Shown one piece after another: positions 7,278 to 16,265 of a stretch of 24,000 nucleotides of DNA. Position 1 is the first letter of the stretch. Each line of letters starts with the position of its first letter. Below the pieces are notes generated by a model that was not told the origin of the DNA, ran no database searches, and was given only the letters and a program-made list of their open reading frames with translations. The position numbers and the translations under genes were made by a program. The stretch lies in contig CAVZOK010000003.1 in NCBI GenBank assembly GCA_963776765.1, positions 224,247 through 248,246 on the forward strand. The letters run 5' to 3'. Origin of the DNA: Candidatus Sulfomarinibacteraceae bacterium (GTDB lineage Bacteria > Acidobacteriota > Thermoanaerobaculia > Thermoanaerobaculales > Sulfomarinibacteraceae).

Positions 7278-7285
7278 TTCTGCCC

Positions 7286-8041
7286 TCAACGCCCGTCTGA
7301 GATCTCATCGGTGTGGTATCGCTTGCGCACCCACCCAGGGATCATTGACAGCAGCACAAACAACACTGCGGCAATGCCGAGATTCCAGAGAGTCTTCCCG
7401 AAATTTCCTGTACGCACCGCGCCGGCGGCGAAATTGTAGGCAATGGTCGCCGGCAGCATGCAGGGCAACGTCACCAGTACATAGGTCCTGAGTGGGATGT
7501 CGGTCAGTCCGTAGACGTAGTTCTGGACGTTGAACGGAAAAATCGGCACCAGTCGGGTCACCATCAGCATCCGCCATCCCTGACGCTTGACGCCCTCGTC
7601 GATCTTTTTGAGGGCCTGGTTCTTTTCCACCATTCTTTCGACCATGCCACGGGCGGCATAGCGTCCGACCAGAAAGGCGGCAATCGCGCCCAGATTGGCG
7701 CCCACCGTCGTCCATACCGCGCCCCACACTGCGCCGAAGACCAGACCGCCGGCGATGGTGATTGCCAACCCCGGCAGAAAGAAGACACTGGCAGCGATCC
7801 ACAGCAGGACAAAGACCACCGGCGCCCACCACCCAAGACCGTCGAACCAGGCGTTGAGTCGATCGATGTTGTCGACAGTGAGCATTTCGAAAAGGCCCAA
7901 ACGCCAGGCCACAGCCATGCCCGCGGCAATCGCCAGGAGGGCGAAGCACAGTTTCCACCAGTTCCGATGGCGGGAATCACCAGGGTCACGAGGCGCCTGC
8001 TTGATCACCGCGAACTCCGTTTTTTCCACCACGGCCTCCAC
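7286..8041 (-). CDS. TVP38/TMEM64 (DedA-related, SNARE-associated) family membrane protein
   Basis: The characteristic core is FFLPGLAITIAGGLVFG...GANLGAIAAFLVGRY...MVTRLVPIFPFNVQNYVYGLTDI. The start is uncertain: GTG at 8041, or a GTG about 12 nt downstream that is better spaced from GGAGG. Confidence 0.85.
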   Translation of the reverse strand: MEAVVEKTEFAVIKQAPRDPGDSRHRNWWKLCFALLAIAAGMAVAWRLGLFEMLTVDNIDRLNAWFDGLGWWAPVVFVLLWIAASVFFLPGLAITIAGGLVFGAVWGAVWTTVGANLGAIAAFLVGRYAARGMVERMVEKNQALKKIDEGVKRQGWRMLMVTRLVPIFPFNVQNYVYGLTDIPLRTYVLVTLPCMLPATIAYNFAAGAVRTGNFGKTLWNLGIAAVLFVLLSMIPGWVRKRYHTDEISDGR

Positions 8042-8282
8042 AGTCCGGTCGTGGGGAACTTGTCCGAAACTCCGTCAGAAGTAACCAAATCGCCGCCGCA
8101 ACCGAGTACAATCAACGCGCCAGAGACCTGTACGCGACTTTCTCTCCAAGCGCTCCCCGAGAGGATGCCAGGCACGCCACGCTTCGCTGATGTGCCGTTC
8201 CGCGGAAGAAATGTACCTCCCTGAATCGGGAGCCATGCACCTCCGACAAGCGCGCCAGATACCGCTGCACAAAGCCGAGGCC

Positions 8283-9419
8283 TTAAGGCTCTTCGCCCCT
8301 GATCAGGCGCTCGACCAACGCTGGGAACCATGAGCCGTCAGGCACCTGGATCTTCCACCCGTTGACAAAGTAGGTCGGGGTCGCAGAAACGCCCATGACC
8401 TGGCCGAGGTTCAACTGCTGGTGAACGGCATCAATCGACGGCGGACGTAAATAGCATTCCCGGAACGCACCCTCGTCGAGCCCGCGTCCAACGATGAAAT
8501 CAACCGATGTCCCGGTAACGAGGGCAACCTCCATCTCCCGTTGCAGGTCGTAAAAGGTCTCCTTGAACGGAATCAGTGCCTGAGGATCCTGGAGTGCCAC
8601 ACACCACGAAGCACAGGCAGCACGAAACGCCCATGGGTGGATCGTGGTCAGGGGGTAGCTCACCATCCCGTGCCGCACAAAACCGGCATTCTTCTTCAAC
8701 ACCATGTTGATAATGGGCCACTTACCCTTGCAAGCTGGACACTCGAGATCGGAGAACTCAACAATATCGACGGCCGTACTGTCGCCGGCTTTGGTATCCC
8801 ACACCACGACGTCGTTTTCCGCCAACAGACGCCTCCGATAGGCAACCGGATCCTCGTCGAGAGGCATTTCGGAAGCCATCACCAGATATTTTCCGTCGGC
8901 CGTAACCGCCGCCTGGCGCCGGTACGATCCATATCCGCTGTCGACGTTCAGATAGAAGGGAATCAGGGCGCCAGGACGTCGCGGACCGGCGTCCCACTCG
9001 ACCTGGACCTTCATCCCCATACTCGACTTGAGGGCTTCAGGCAAGAATTTAGCCAGGAAAACGCGCAGGGCCTCAGGCCCGGCACCGGCTGACTGGAACG
9101 GTGGAAGTTCACCGACACTTCCAAGCCAGATCGTGTTGGCGCTTTCATCGACCAGCATGGTCGGCTTACCCGTCAAGAGCTGGCTCGCACAGGTTCGCGC
9201 TATCTCGACAAAGCGGTAGGAGCCCGAGGGGGTGTGGAATCTGGTGTTCGAAACAAGCTGATAGTTCGAGTTCGGATACCAGGCGAGGGCACGCTGAACA
9301 AAACGCATGGCCTTCGGTGCCGGTTCGGGCTTATCCTCATCCTGTGCATTGGCGATCACCGCCGTGGCCATCATCAATGCGAATACCATTCCAGAAAGTC
9401 GACGCAGTCTCGTTCTCAT
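8283..9419 (-). CDS. Exported DsbA-like thioredoxin-fold thiol:disulfide oxidoreductase with an N-terminal extra domain
   Basis: The signal peptide is MVFALMMATAVIANAQ. A CPAC active-site motif sits in the context EFSDLECPACKGKW. The C-terminal TPTYFVNG-type motif is typical of the DsbA family. Confidence 0.8.
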   Translation of the reverse strand: MRTRLRRLSGMVFALMMATAVIANAQDEDKPEPAPKAMRFVQRALAWYPNSNYQLVSNTRFHTPSGSYRFVEIARTCASQLLTGKPTMLVDESANTIWLGSVGELPPFQSAGAGPEALRVFLAKFLPEALKSSMGMKVQVEWDAGPRRPGALIPFYLNVDSGYGSYRRQAAVTADGKYLVMASEMPLDEDPVAYRRRLLAENDVVVWDTKAGDSTAVDIVEFSDLECPACKGKWPIINMVLKKNAGFVRHGMVSYPLTTIHPWAFRAACASWCVALQDPQALIPFKETFYDLQREMEVALVTGTSVDFIVGRGLDEGAFRECYLRPPSIDAVHQQLNLGQVMGVSATPTYFVNGWKIQVPDGSWFPALVERLIRGEEP

Positions 9420-9472
9420 TCAATACTCCCTGTGAAATTGTAGCAGCGGTCGGCGACCGGAACGGGACTTTA

Positions 9473-10528
9473 CTAGACCTTTTCCGCTTTTTCGGTCTCT
9501 GCCTGCACTGCCGGTGCTGCGTCGGCGGTCTCAGGAAGCAGGCCCAGGGCTTCCCGCAGTTTGAGTTCGATTTCGCCGGCCGCATCCGGATTGTCTTTCA
9601 GGAATTGCCGCGCGGCTTCACGCCCCTGTCCGATGCGGGTATCGCCGTAGGAATACCAGGAGCCGGATTTCTGTACGAGGCGGTGTTCGACCCCGAGGTC
9701 GAGCAGCTCCCCAGTATAGGAGATACCCTCTCCGTATAGGATGTCAAATTCGGCGACCTTGAAGGGAGCGGCTACTTTGTTTTTTGCAACTTTGGCCTTG
9801 GTCCGGTTTCCGATCACCTGGTCGCCCTGCTTGATCGAACTGGTTCGCCGGATTTCGATACGCACCGACGAATAGAATTTGAGGGCCCGGCCGCCAGTCG
9901 TGGTCTCCGGATTGCCGAACATCACGCCGATTTTCTCGCGCACCTGATTGATGAAGATCAGGCTGGTGTTCGATTTGGAAACGATGCCGGCGAGTTTGCG
10001 CAAAGCCTGTGACATGAGCCGCGCCTGCAGTCCCATCTGCGCGTCTCCCATATCACCCTCGAGTTCCGAACGGGGGACCAACGCGGCCACCGAGTCGATG
10101 ACGATGGCGTCCACCGAACCCGAACGGATGAGCGTCTCGGCAATCTCCAGAGCCTGCTCGCCGAAATCCGGTTGCGAGATCAAGAGGTCGTCGAGGTTGA
10201 CGCCGAGATTGCCGGCATACTCCGGATCAAGGGCGTGCTCGGCGTCAATGAACGCCACCAGCCCACCTGCCTTTTGGGCGTTGGCGATGATGTGAAGAGC
10301 AAGGGTGGTTTTCCCCGACGACTCTGGCCCGTAGATCTCAATCACCCGACCTCGCGGTATGCCACCGATGCCAAGCGCTGCGTCGAGGGTCAGCGAACCT
10401 GACGGAATCACATTGACCCGGATCCTTGGCTTTTCGCCCATTCGCATCAACGAGCCTTTGCCGAACTGGCGTTCGATCTGGCCGATTGCGGTCTCCAATG
10501 CCTTCATTTTGTCGGCTTTTTGGTTCAT
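9473..10528 (-). CDS. recA: Recombinase RecA
   Basis: The match is unambiguous: Walker [13 protein letters not shown], then [61 protein letters not shown]. It is full length at 351 aa with no intein. Confidence 0.98.
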   Translation of the reverse strand: MNQKADKMKALETAIGQIERQFGKGSLMRMGEKPRIRVNVIPSGSLTLDAALGIGGIPRGRVIEIYGPESSGKTTLALHIIANAQKAGGLVAFIDAEHALDPEYAGNLGVNLDDLLISQPDFGEQALEIAETLIRSGSVDAIVIDSVAALVPRSELEGDMGDAQMGLQARLMSQALRKLAGIVSKSNTSLIFINQVREKIGVMFGNPETTTGGRALKFYSSVRIEIRRTSSIKQGDQVIGNRTKAKVAKNKVAAPFKVAEFDILYGEGISYTGELLDLGVEHRLVQKSGSWYSYGDTRIGQGREAARQFLKDNPDAAGEIELKLREALGLLPETADAAPAVQAETEKAEKV

Positions 10529-10570
10529 CAGAATCTCCTTACTGCGGGTGCAGCGTGGTGGGACCCGACC

Positions 10571-10599
10571 ATCCTAGGGGGCGCAGAACCGAACGTCAA
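10571..10599 (-). promoter_or_regulatory. Putative sigma70 promoter of recA (TTGACG-17 nt-TAGGAT)
   Basis: The minus strand reads cTTGACGttcggttctgcgcccccTAGGATggtc, with an exact 17-nt spacer. It lies about 40 nt upstream of the recA ATG. The -35 box overlaps the stop codon of the upstream gene. Confidence 0.35.
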
Positions 10600-12839
10600 G
10601 ATCCGGGTAGTCGGAGCTCGAAAGCGAGGTCAGAGATGACGACCCCGAGCTCGCGAGAGTCGGCCGCTCCATCATCCGCCGGCCGGTATACGTCGGAGAG
10701 GATTTCTACCTCGAGGCGACCATCAACCGAATCGCCAGGCAGCACATCAAGCCCGTAGTCAGCCGGAAAAGGTCCAATTTCGAATGGTCTGGCGGCGTGG
10801 CGTCCAGCAATTCGGACCTCGGTCCGCGCCGCGGTTGGACGTGGCGCCCACATTCTGAGATGGAGTCGGCCAGTCGTCGCCGGCAGCCGCAGGACCGCGC
10901 GTGGTCCCAGCCACACCCCTTCCCCCGCCCCGGGAAAATGCTCGGCGTCGTAAGCGCCCTCAACCTCGATCCGCATCGCCTCCCTCTGCCAGGGGTGACT
11001 GATCGCGCTCGCCCAGGAAGAGCCCTGGTTCGGCGCCCGGATTTCGAATAACTGCACCGCCAACGGTCTCGAGTCGCCGTCGCCAGGTGAATAGTCCTGC
11101 CGCCTTCTGAACACCAGGTCCGACACCCTACCCGTGGCCGCAGGTGGCAGCCGCAACCATAGCCGTTGATCGTCGGACCTGCCGTCGATCGTCGCCACGT
11201 CCTCGCCGTCGAACGTTACGATCAACGGTTCTGGACCTGGAGCCGGACGCAACGCGACCCCGATCTCGGTTCCAGCTGCTAGCGGCGGAATTGCCAGCTC
11301 CGCCCCAGGTGCGCCCCAAATGAACCAGCGGCCATTCGGCGTTTGCTCCCGTGGCCACCAACCACTGATCGGCAGTGCTGGGTCTTCGATCAACCATGCC
11401 TCTAGAAAACGTTGTTGGGTCAAAGGATAGAGTGCGTCCGAAACCCCACCCCAATAGCGTTCGTGACCGCGTATTCCGTCCGGATAGAAATGGCGGTGAA
11501 CAGTCGCGACGACCCACGCTCCCTCGATCGCGGACCACGGCTCGGGGTCCCATGGCGAAAGAACTCGCGGCGGTGTGGGCTCGCCACGCCACTCAAGCAG
11601 GTGCCAGAGATAGGAGGCAAATGGATGGAGCTCCGACTCCACTACAACAGTCCGTCCCGAGCTCAACGCTTCTTCCCGGGCACGGGTCACCGCCCGCCAC
11701 GCCGGTAGCTTCGTCGTATGTTGCTCTTCAACCAGGGGCACACTCCCGGCGCCAAGCCATCCCACCATGAGGAGAAGACCCGCGCAACCTGCTGCTGGTG
11801 GCAAGGTTGCCGCCGCTCCAGCGATCAACGGTGCAAGCGCCATCTGTACTCCAACCGCGTAGCGGCCGGTCGTTCGGTTCTGCATCCACACGAGCTGTGA
11901 CACCGCAACCACCAAAACCAGAGCCCACAGAATCGCGCCTCGCCGCCCGACCCGGCGCGCCCAGACAACGATTCCAATCGCCGCGGTCAGGAGCAGAATG
12001 GTCGCCGGCAGGACCCCTCCCAGCCCCTTGACAAGGCCCAGGTCTCCGTAGCCACCGAGGTTTCCGACGAGACGAGAAAAGTGACGTTGCGAGTGGGCCA
12101 GAAACGGTGCAACAAAGGCACTCCAGCCGCCCTCAGCCCGGGCCATCAAAAAAATCGAAACCGCAATAGCGGCCCCTCCCGCCACCAACCCGGACACCAA
12201 CCGCCGGATTGGCCGAACTACCCACACCACACCGAGCCACAACGCAGCCAGCACTGGAAGGAGATTCGGACGAATCAGAAATGACGCAGTCACGAGCAGC
12301 GTGAAGGTAGTGATCCGCCGGCCTCGGAGGCCGCCGACCGCAATAGCCACAGCACCGAGCGCAAGGACCGACGCGGCGGTCGAGGAAAAACCGCGTACCG
12401 AATAGAGCCACGGCCCAGGGGCTGCCAAAACGACCAGCGCCGCAGCCACCGCGATAGCGGGCGGCGCCAGCCGCCGCCCGATTGCCGCCAGAACCCACAG
12501 GGCAGCAACCGCGAAGGCGGCGGATGCAATCTGCAGGGCGCGCAGCGGATCGCCCACAACGGGTGTCAGCAGGTGGCCGATCGCAAGCCAGCCTGGAAAA
12601 CCGGGCGGATGTGGGAAGTGGGCCGCAAGGTCAAAGTTCAGAATTCCGCGTGCGAAGAGAGTTTCGTCCCACTCCCAGGGGCCGTTTGCGAGGAACGCGA
12701 ATCGGGAGACAAAAACCAACAGCGCCGCGCCTACGGTCGCTATCGCATCCAGTTTCCGGTTTGGCAGACGAAACAGGAGCAAAGCCCGAAGAGCTCCCCG
12801 GATAAGCCGAACCTCCGCATGAATGGGTTTATCGGTCAT
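10596..12839 (-). CDS. GT-C-fold glycosyltransferase-like membrane protein (PMT/ArnT-like N-terminal half) with a large C-terminal extracytoplasmic domain
   Basis: There are about 11 TM segments in the first 400 aa. The first-loop motif GPWEWDETLFARG resembles the DE motif of GT39/GT83 enzymes (FDEVHFGKF). The C-terminal ~340 aa are soluble and not recognisable. An ATGA overlap with the upstream gene lies at 12836-12839. Confidence 0.65.
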   Translation of the reverse strand: MTDKPIHAEVRLIRGALRALLLFRLPNRKLDAIATVGAALLVFVSRFAFLANGPWEWDETLFARGILNFDLAAHFPHPPGFPGWLAIGHLLTPVVGDPLRALQIASAAFAVAALWVLAAIGRRLAPPAIAVAAALVVLAAPGPWLYSVRGFSSTAASVLALGAVAIAVGGLRGRRITTFTLLVTASFLIRPNLLPVLAALWLGVVWVVRPIRRLVSGLVAGGAAIAVSIFLMARAEGGWSAFVAPFLAHSQRHFSRLVGNLGGYGDLGLVKGLGGVLPATILLLTAAIGIVVWARRVGRRGAILWALVLVVAVSQLVWMQNRTTGRYAVGVQMALAPLIAGAAATLPPAAGCAGLLLMVGWLGAGSVPLVEEQHTTKLPAWRAVTRAREEALSSGRTVVVESELHPFASYLWHLLEWRGEPTPPRVLSPWDPEPWSAIEGAWVVATVHRHFYPDGIRGHERYWGGVSDALYPLTQQRFLEAWLIEDPALPISGWWPREQTPNGRWFIWGAPGAELAIPPLAAGTEIGVALRPAPGPEPLIVTFDGEDVATIDGRSDDQRLWLRLPPAATGRVSDLVFRRRQDYSPGDGDSRPLAVQLFEIRAPNQGSSWASAISHPWQREAMRIEVEGAYDAEHFPGAGEGVWLGPRAVLRLPATTGRLHLRMWAPRPTAARTEVRIAGRHAARPFEIGPFPADYGLDVLPGDSVDGRLEVEILSDVYRPADDGAADSRELGVVISDLAFELRLPGS

Positions 12840-15607
12840 CGCCCGCGCCTCGGCTCTCCGACGAGCACGTCATGTATCGCTTGTTGTAGATCGTGTTCGA
12901 GCACCAGAGAAGAAATCTCCTCGGTGCGCCTTGCCTCGTCATATCCATGACTACAGTCAGCGTTAGGGACCTGTGCCATTGTCCTCAATTCGATACAGGC
13001 GCCGTCGTCCAACGAACCGTCTCCCTGCAGGAAGAGGTGTGTCGAGTTGCGCCAACATCCGTACTCCCCCACTACAGGTCGTCGCACGTCTTCACCGAGG
13101 AGGTTGCGACCGACAAATGCGTAGGGGGTTGGATCGACCCCAAGCAGGGCGAGAAGGGTCGGCGCGACATCCGCGTGGCCGGCGGGCGCGGTCTGCTCGC
13201 CCCGCAACGGATCAACACCCGGGAGCTTGATGAACAGGGGGATCTCCTGGCTCAAGTACCAACCCGCCGCGTCGTTCGTCGCACCCATAGCAACCGCGAT
13301 CTCATTTCGCCATGGAAAGCCGGCGTCATGGTCACCCCAGATCGCAATCACGGTATTTTCGCCAAGCCCCTCACGCTCAAGAGCGGCCACGAAAGCTGCC
13401 AGAGATGAATCGAAGAAACGCATGGTGTGGAGGAAATTGCCAAACGGAGTGCCATCCCAGATGCCGACATCAAGTTCCTCGAGGTGGGCCGGAAAGCCGT
13501 CGAAGGGATGGTGCAGCGAGAGGGTCAGAAGGTAGGCCGCGAACGGCTGTGCGCTGGTTGCCAGCCGGCGGGCGGTCTGCTCCAGGAAGTCACGATCCGA
13601 AAGGCCCCAGCCAACCTGCTCGCCCCCTTCAAAATCTTCAACAAAGAGGTTTCGCTGGTAGCCGTACGCGGCATGAGTCTGGCGACGATTCCAAAAAGCG
13701 CCTTCGTAGGGCACCGCAGAAAGAGTGTGGTAGCCACGTTCTCCAAGTGCCTCGGCGATTCCAGTGAAATCGTTGGATGCATACCTGAAGGCCGCAGCCC
13801 CTCCCGCCATCGGCAAGAGCGAAACCTGGGTTGCGAGTTCACTGTCAGAGGATCGGCCCTGGCCGGTCTGATCGGTAACGTTTGAAAACCACAACGCTTC
13901 TTCCGCCCACCCATTGAGGAACGGCGTTACTTCGCTGCCGCCGATCTCCAGGCCGACCACGAATGCCTGCAGGCTTTCCACCTGCACCATGACAAGATTG
14001 GCACCATCTGCAGCCGCAAAAGATATCCCAGCTCCCGCTCGCTGCGACGCCCGTTCGCGGAACCACGCCGCGACCTCATCGAACTGCTCAGGTTCGAGCT
14101 CGCGATGAATCACACCCCTGGCAACTGCACGGACACCGTCAACGGTGTGGAGGTTGAGCACCCCTACGTTCTGGGCCACAGTCACCCGGTGGAAGACCTG
14201 AATCAGGAGGTTTGGCGGTGTCAGGGCGAGATATGTAGCTGCCAAACTTCCGACGATGGTCAGTGTCAAAAGGACGGCGACGACTCCCCGTAACTGCCGC
14301 TGACCGGAGCTCCGCCGCAAGCGATCAGCCACTAACACGAGGACCACGCCAGGAAGGAGATCGAGCCACAACCAGGCGTCACCAGCCACGAGGAGTTCGC
14401 GGATACTCGCCTTGACCTGACCAAGCTGGCCGACGCCTGCAATGGCGGTCGCCGCCGGCAGATCGCCGAAGAATCGAAGGTAGATCGAATCCGCCCACAG
14501 AACGAGGGTGGCGCCCGCCACGAGGCCCCAACATGCCCATCCTCGGAATCTCTCCGGCAACACCCGCGTGAGAAGCACGAGAACTGACGCACCGCCCACG
14601 GCCAACATCCATCCGGTCGTCGAAAGGGCGGCATCACACTCCGAGAGCACGATGGCCTGTTTGACCGACAACGCGCTCACGCACCACCCGATATCTCCGA
14701 TCGAGAAAAGAGCGACCAGCGACCGCAGGCCTCCAAATCGCCACGTCGACACCGCAACGCCACCCGCACAGAGAACCAGGAGCGACCACCAGAATCCATT
14801 CGCCAAGGGGTCAGGAATCACCAGCACCCGGGACGTGGGCAGCGGTTCCGGGGCGCGCTCAGAAAACCAGCAGACGCCCTCCTCCACCAGATCCCACTGC
14901 AGGTGCCAGAGGCCCGGTCGATCAGGTGCCACGACAACGACTTCAAGGGCCACCGTCTCCCCGCTGCGAACCGCAGTGGGGAGGGAGGTGCGCCGTCCCT
15001 CCCAATAGACACCCTGTCCTTTCGGGCGGATGCCTTTCCCCTCTCGGCCGAGCCAGTGATACGCGGCCGCAACAAACCCGTTGGCGGGCCAGGTCCTGCT
15101 GCCATCGTTATGCAGGACCAGTTCCACCACCGACGCCGAACCGGCCATCATCACCCGCGAGGCCGATGCTTTGAGAACTGTAAAGGCTCGACCTGCAAAT
15201 ACTGACACCAGAACCGTCTCAGGCTCTGTGTCATCGGCTTCCGAAAGCCATCGAACTCCATCCTGGACGACATCCCAACGCAAAAGGTAGTCCCCGGGCG
15301 TTCGTGGCGCCCCAACGGAGGCCACCAGCTCGATGCTGGAGCCAGGCGGTACGATCTCGGGCAGCGGGGAGCGAAGGCCATCCCAGACAACAACCCCGCC
15401 TTCAGTATCCATCCAGTGGTACGAAACTGCGAAGCCATCCGCCGAAGACCATGTCAAGGGACCATCGTTGACTATGACGATCGGAATCGAGGTTTCAGAT
15501 CCCGCTTCGAGCGAAGGTGAGATTGTTTGCTCGACAACCGTCAGCCCTTCGGCCGCGCCCACCGAAATCCAGGACAGCAGAATTGCTGTGACCGCGATCC
15601 TATTCAT
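12836..15607 (-). CDS. LtaS/MdoB-like sulfatase-family (alkaline-phosphatase superfamily) transferase with N-terminal signal peptide, two tandem Trp-rich Ig-like repeats, a polytopic TM block and a C-terminal catalytic domain
   Basis: The catalytic-domain motifs are NLVMVQVESLQAF, GQGRSSDSELAT and VIAIWGDHDAGF. About six TM helices occupy the middle. Two ~120-aa repeats at the N-terminus share WDVVQDGVRWLSE / WDLVEEGVCWFSE. Confidence 0.8.
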   Translation of the reverse strand: MNRIAVTAILLSWISVGAAEGLTVVEQTISPSLEAGSETSIPIVIVNDGPLTWSSADGFAVSYHWMDTEGGVVVWDGLRSPLPEIVPPGSSIELVASVGAPRTPGDYLLRWDVVQDGVRWLSEADDTEPETVLVSVFAGRAFTVLKASASRVMMAGSASVVELVLHNDGSRTWPANGFVAAAYHWLGREGKGIRPKGQGVYWEGRRTSLPTAVRSGETVALEVVVVAPDRPGLWHLQWDLVEEGVCWFSERAPEPLPTSRVLVIPDPLANGFWWSLLVLCAGGVAVSTWRFGGLRSLVALFSIGDIGWCVSALSVKQAIVLSECDAALSTTGWMLAVGGASVLVLLTRVLPERFRGWACWGLVAGATLVLWADSIYLRFFGDLPAATAIAGVGQLGQVKASIRELLVAGDAWLWLDLLPGVVLVLVADRLRRSSGQRQLRGVVAVLLTLTIVGSLAATYLALTPPNLLIQVFHRVTVAQNVGVLNLHTVDGVRAVARGVIHRELEPEQFDEVAAWFRERASQRAGAGISFAAADGANLVMVQVESLQAFVVGLEIGGSEVTPFLNGWAEEALWFSNVTDQTGQGRSSDSELATQVSLLPMAGGAAAFRYASNDFTGIAEALGERGYHTLSAVPYEGAFWNRRQTHAAYGYQRNLFVEDFEGGEQVGWGLSDRDFLEQTARRLATSAQPFAAYLLTLSLHHPFDGFPAHLEELDVGIWDGTPFGNFLHTMRFFDSSLAAFVAALEREGLGENTVIAIWGDHDAGFPWRNEIAVAMGATNDAAGWYLSQEIPLFIKLPGVDPLRGEQTAPAGHADVAPTLLALLGVDPTPYAFVGRNLLGEDVRRPVVGEYGCWRNSTHLFLQGDGSLDDGACIELRTMAQVPNADCSHGYDEARRTEEISSLVLEHDLQQAIHDVLVGEPRRGR

Positions 15608-15638
15608 CGTCCGCCGAGTATAGCGGCCGAAGCGAATA

Positions 15639-16044
15639 CTAGTTGACCGGATAGCGCTCGTCGTAGAGCTGGATCACGGCGTCCGTGATGACGGCAGAAT
15701 TCGCGATATGTACCAGCGGTTGCGATTCAAGCATGAATATCGCGTCAAATCCGTTGTGCCACCAAGAGCTGATTCTCGAGCTGCCTGATGGCGTCAACCG
15801 ATGCAACAGTTCTCTGGGCGTTGAGCTGTTGGGTGAGCTCTGCGACACGGCTCTGCATCTTTTCGATTTGATCACTTCTCTCTGTAGACCATTCTTCGAG
15901 AATTTGAAGTTGCCTTTGGCCTTCCTTGACTGTCTTGATCGCCCGCTCTGTATCCAGGAAACCAACATTTCGGGCCACGACTGGAATCGCAGCAAACGTC
16001 GCAACAAGAGTTAGGATCCCACGCACGAATACTTGCATCGCCAC
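15639..16044 (-). pseudogene. OmpH/Skp-like periplasmic chaperone gene split across two reading frames (frameshift near 15745-15755)
   Basis: Frame A (16044->15745) encodes a signal peptide, then VGFLDTERAIK and a long helical arm, and ends ...LENQLLVAQRI*. The +1 frame continues (G)FDAIFMLESQPLVHIANSAVITDAVIQLYDERYPVN*. This matches the Skp C-terminal beta/DIT-type motif (E. coli: [29 protein letters not shown]). The RBS GAGGAGGTG precedes the ATG at 16044. Confidence 0.6.
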
Positions 16045-16167
16045 CTCCTCGGCCCGAACATGGACGGTAATCCCTGTCGTGGAGGGGCTTCAATCGACCG
16101 CGAATTGCAGCACGCGGGCAGGTCGATTCCCGTCCGCAACGGCCACCAAATAGCTCTTTCGTCGATG

Positions 16168-16185
16168 CCGGCACACTCCGTGCAT
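16168..16185 (+). promoter_or_regulatory. Sigma54 (-24/-12)-like promoter upstream of the plus-strand operon
   Basis: cCGGCACactccGTGCAt compares with the consensus TGGCAC-N5-TTGCW. The invariant GG (16170-16171) and GC (16182-16183) are at the canonical 12-nt offset. The element is about 80 nt upstream of the ATG at 16266 and in the correct orientation. Confidence 0.3.
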
Positions 16186-16265
16186 GTTAGAGTTCGGAAT
16201 GACTCACCATCAACCCTGAGTTCACAGCAAATGGAGAGCAGAAACTGACTGAGAGTGCCGATGTT

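Noticed and set aside
8042-8282. A 240-nt leader between the DsbA-like and TVP38-like genes, considered as a possible riboswitch or sRNA; also the 65-aa ORF 8075..8272
   Set aside because: I found only one small hairpin (CTCCC-TGAATC-GGGAG, 8217-8232), which may be a weak terminator. I recognise no known riboswitch core. The small ORF is Arg/Cys/Trp-rich and lacks an RBS.
10571-10610. Possible LexA/SOS box upstream of recA (GACGTTCGGTTC; GTTC-G-GTTC)
   Set aside because: It does not fit the CTGT-N8-ACAG, CGAAC-N4-GTTCG or GTTC-N7-GTTC box types (two or more core mismatches, or the wrong spacing). The lexA type of this organism is unknown.
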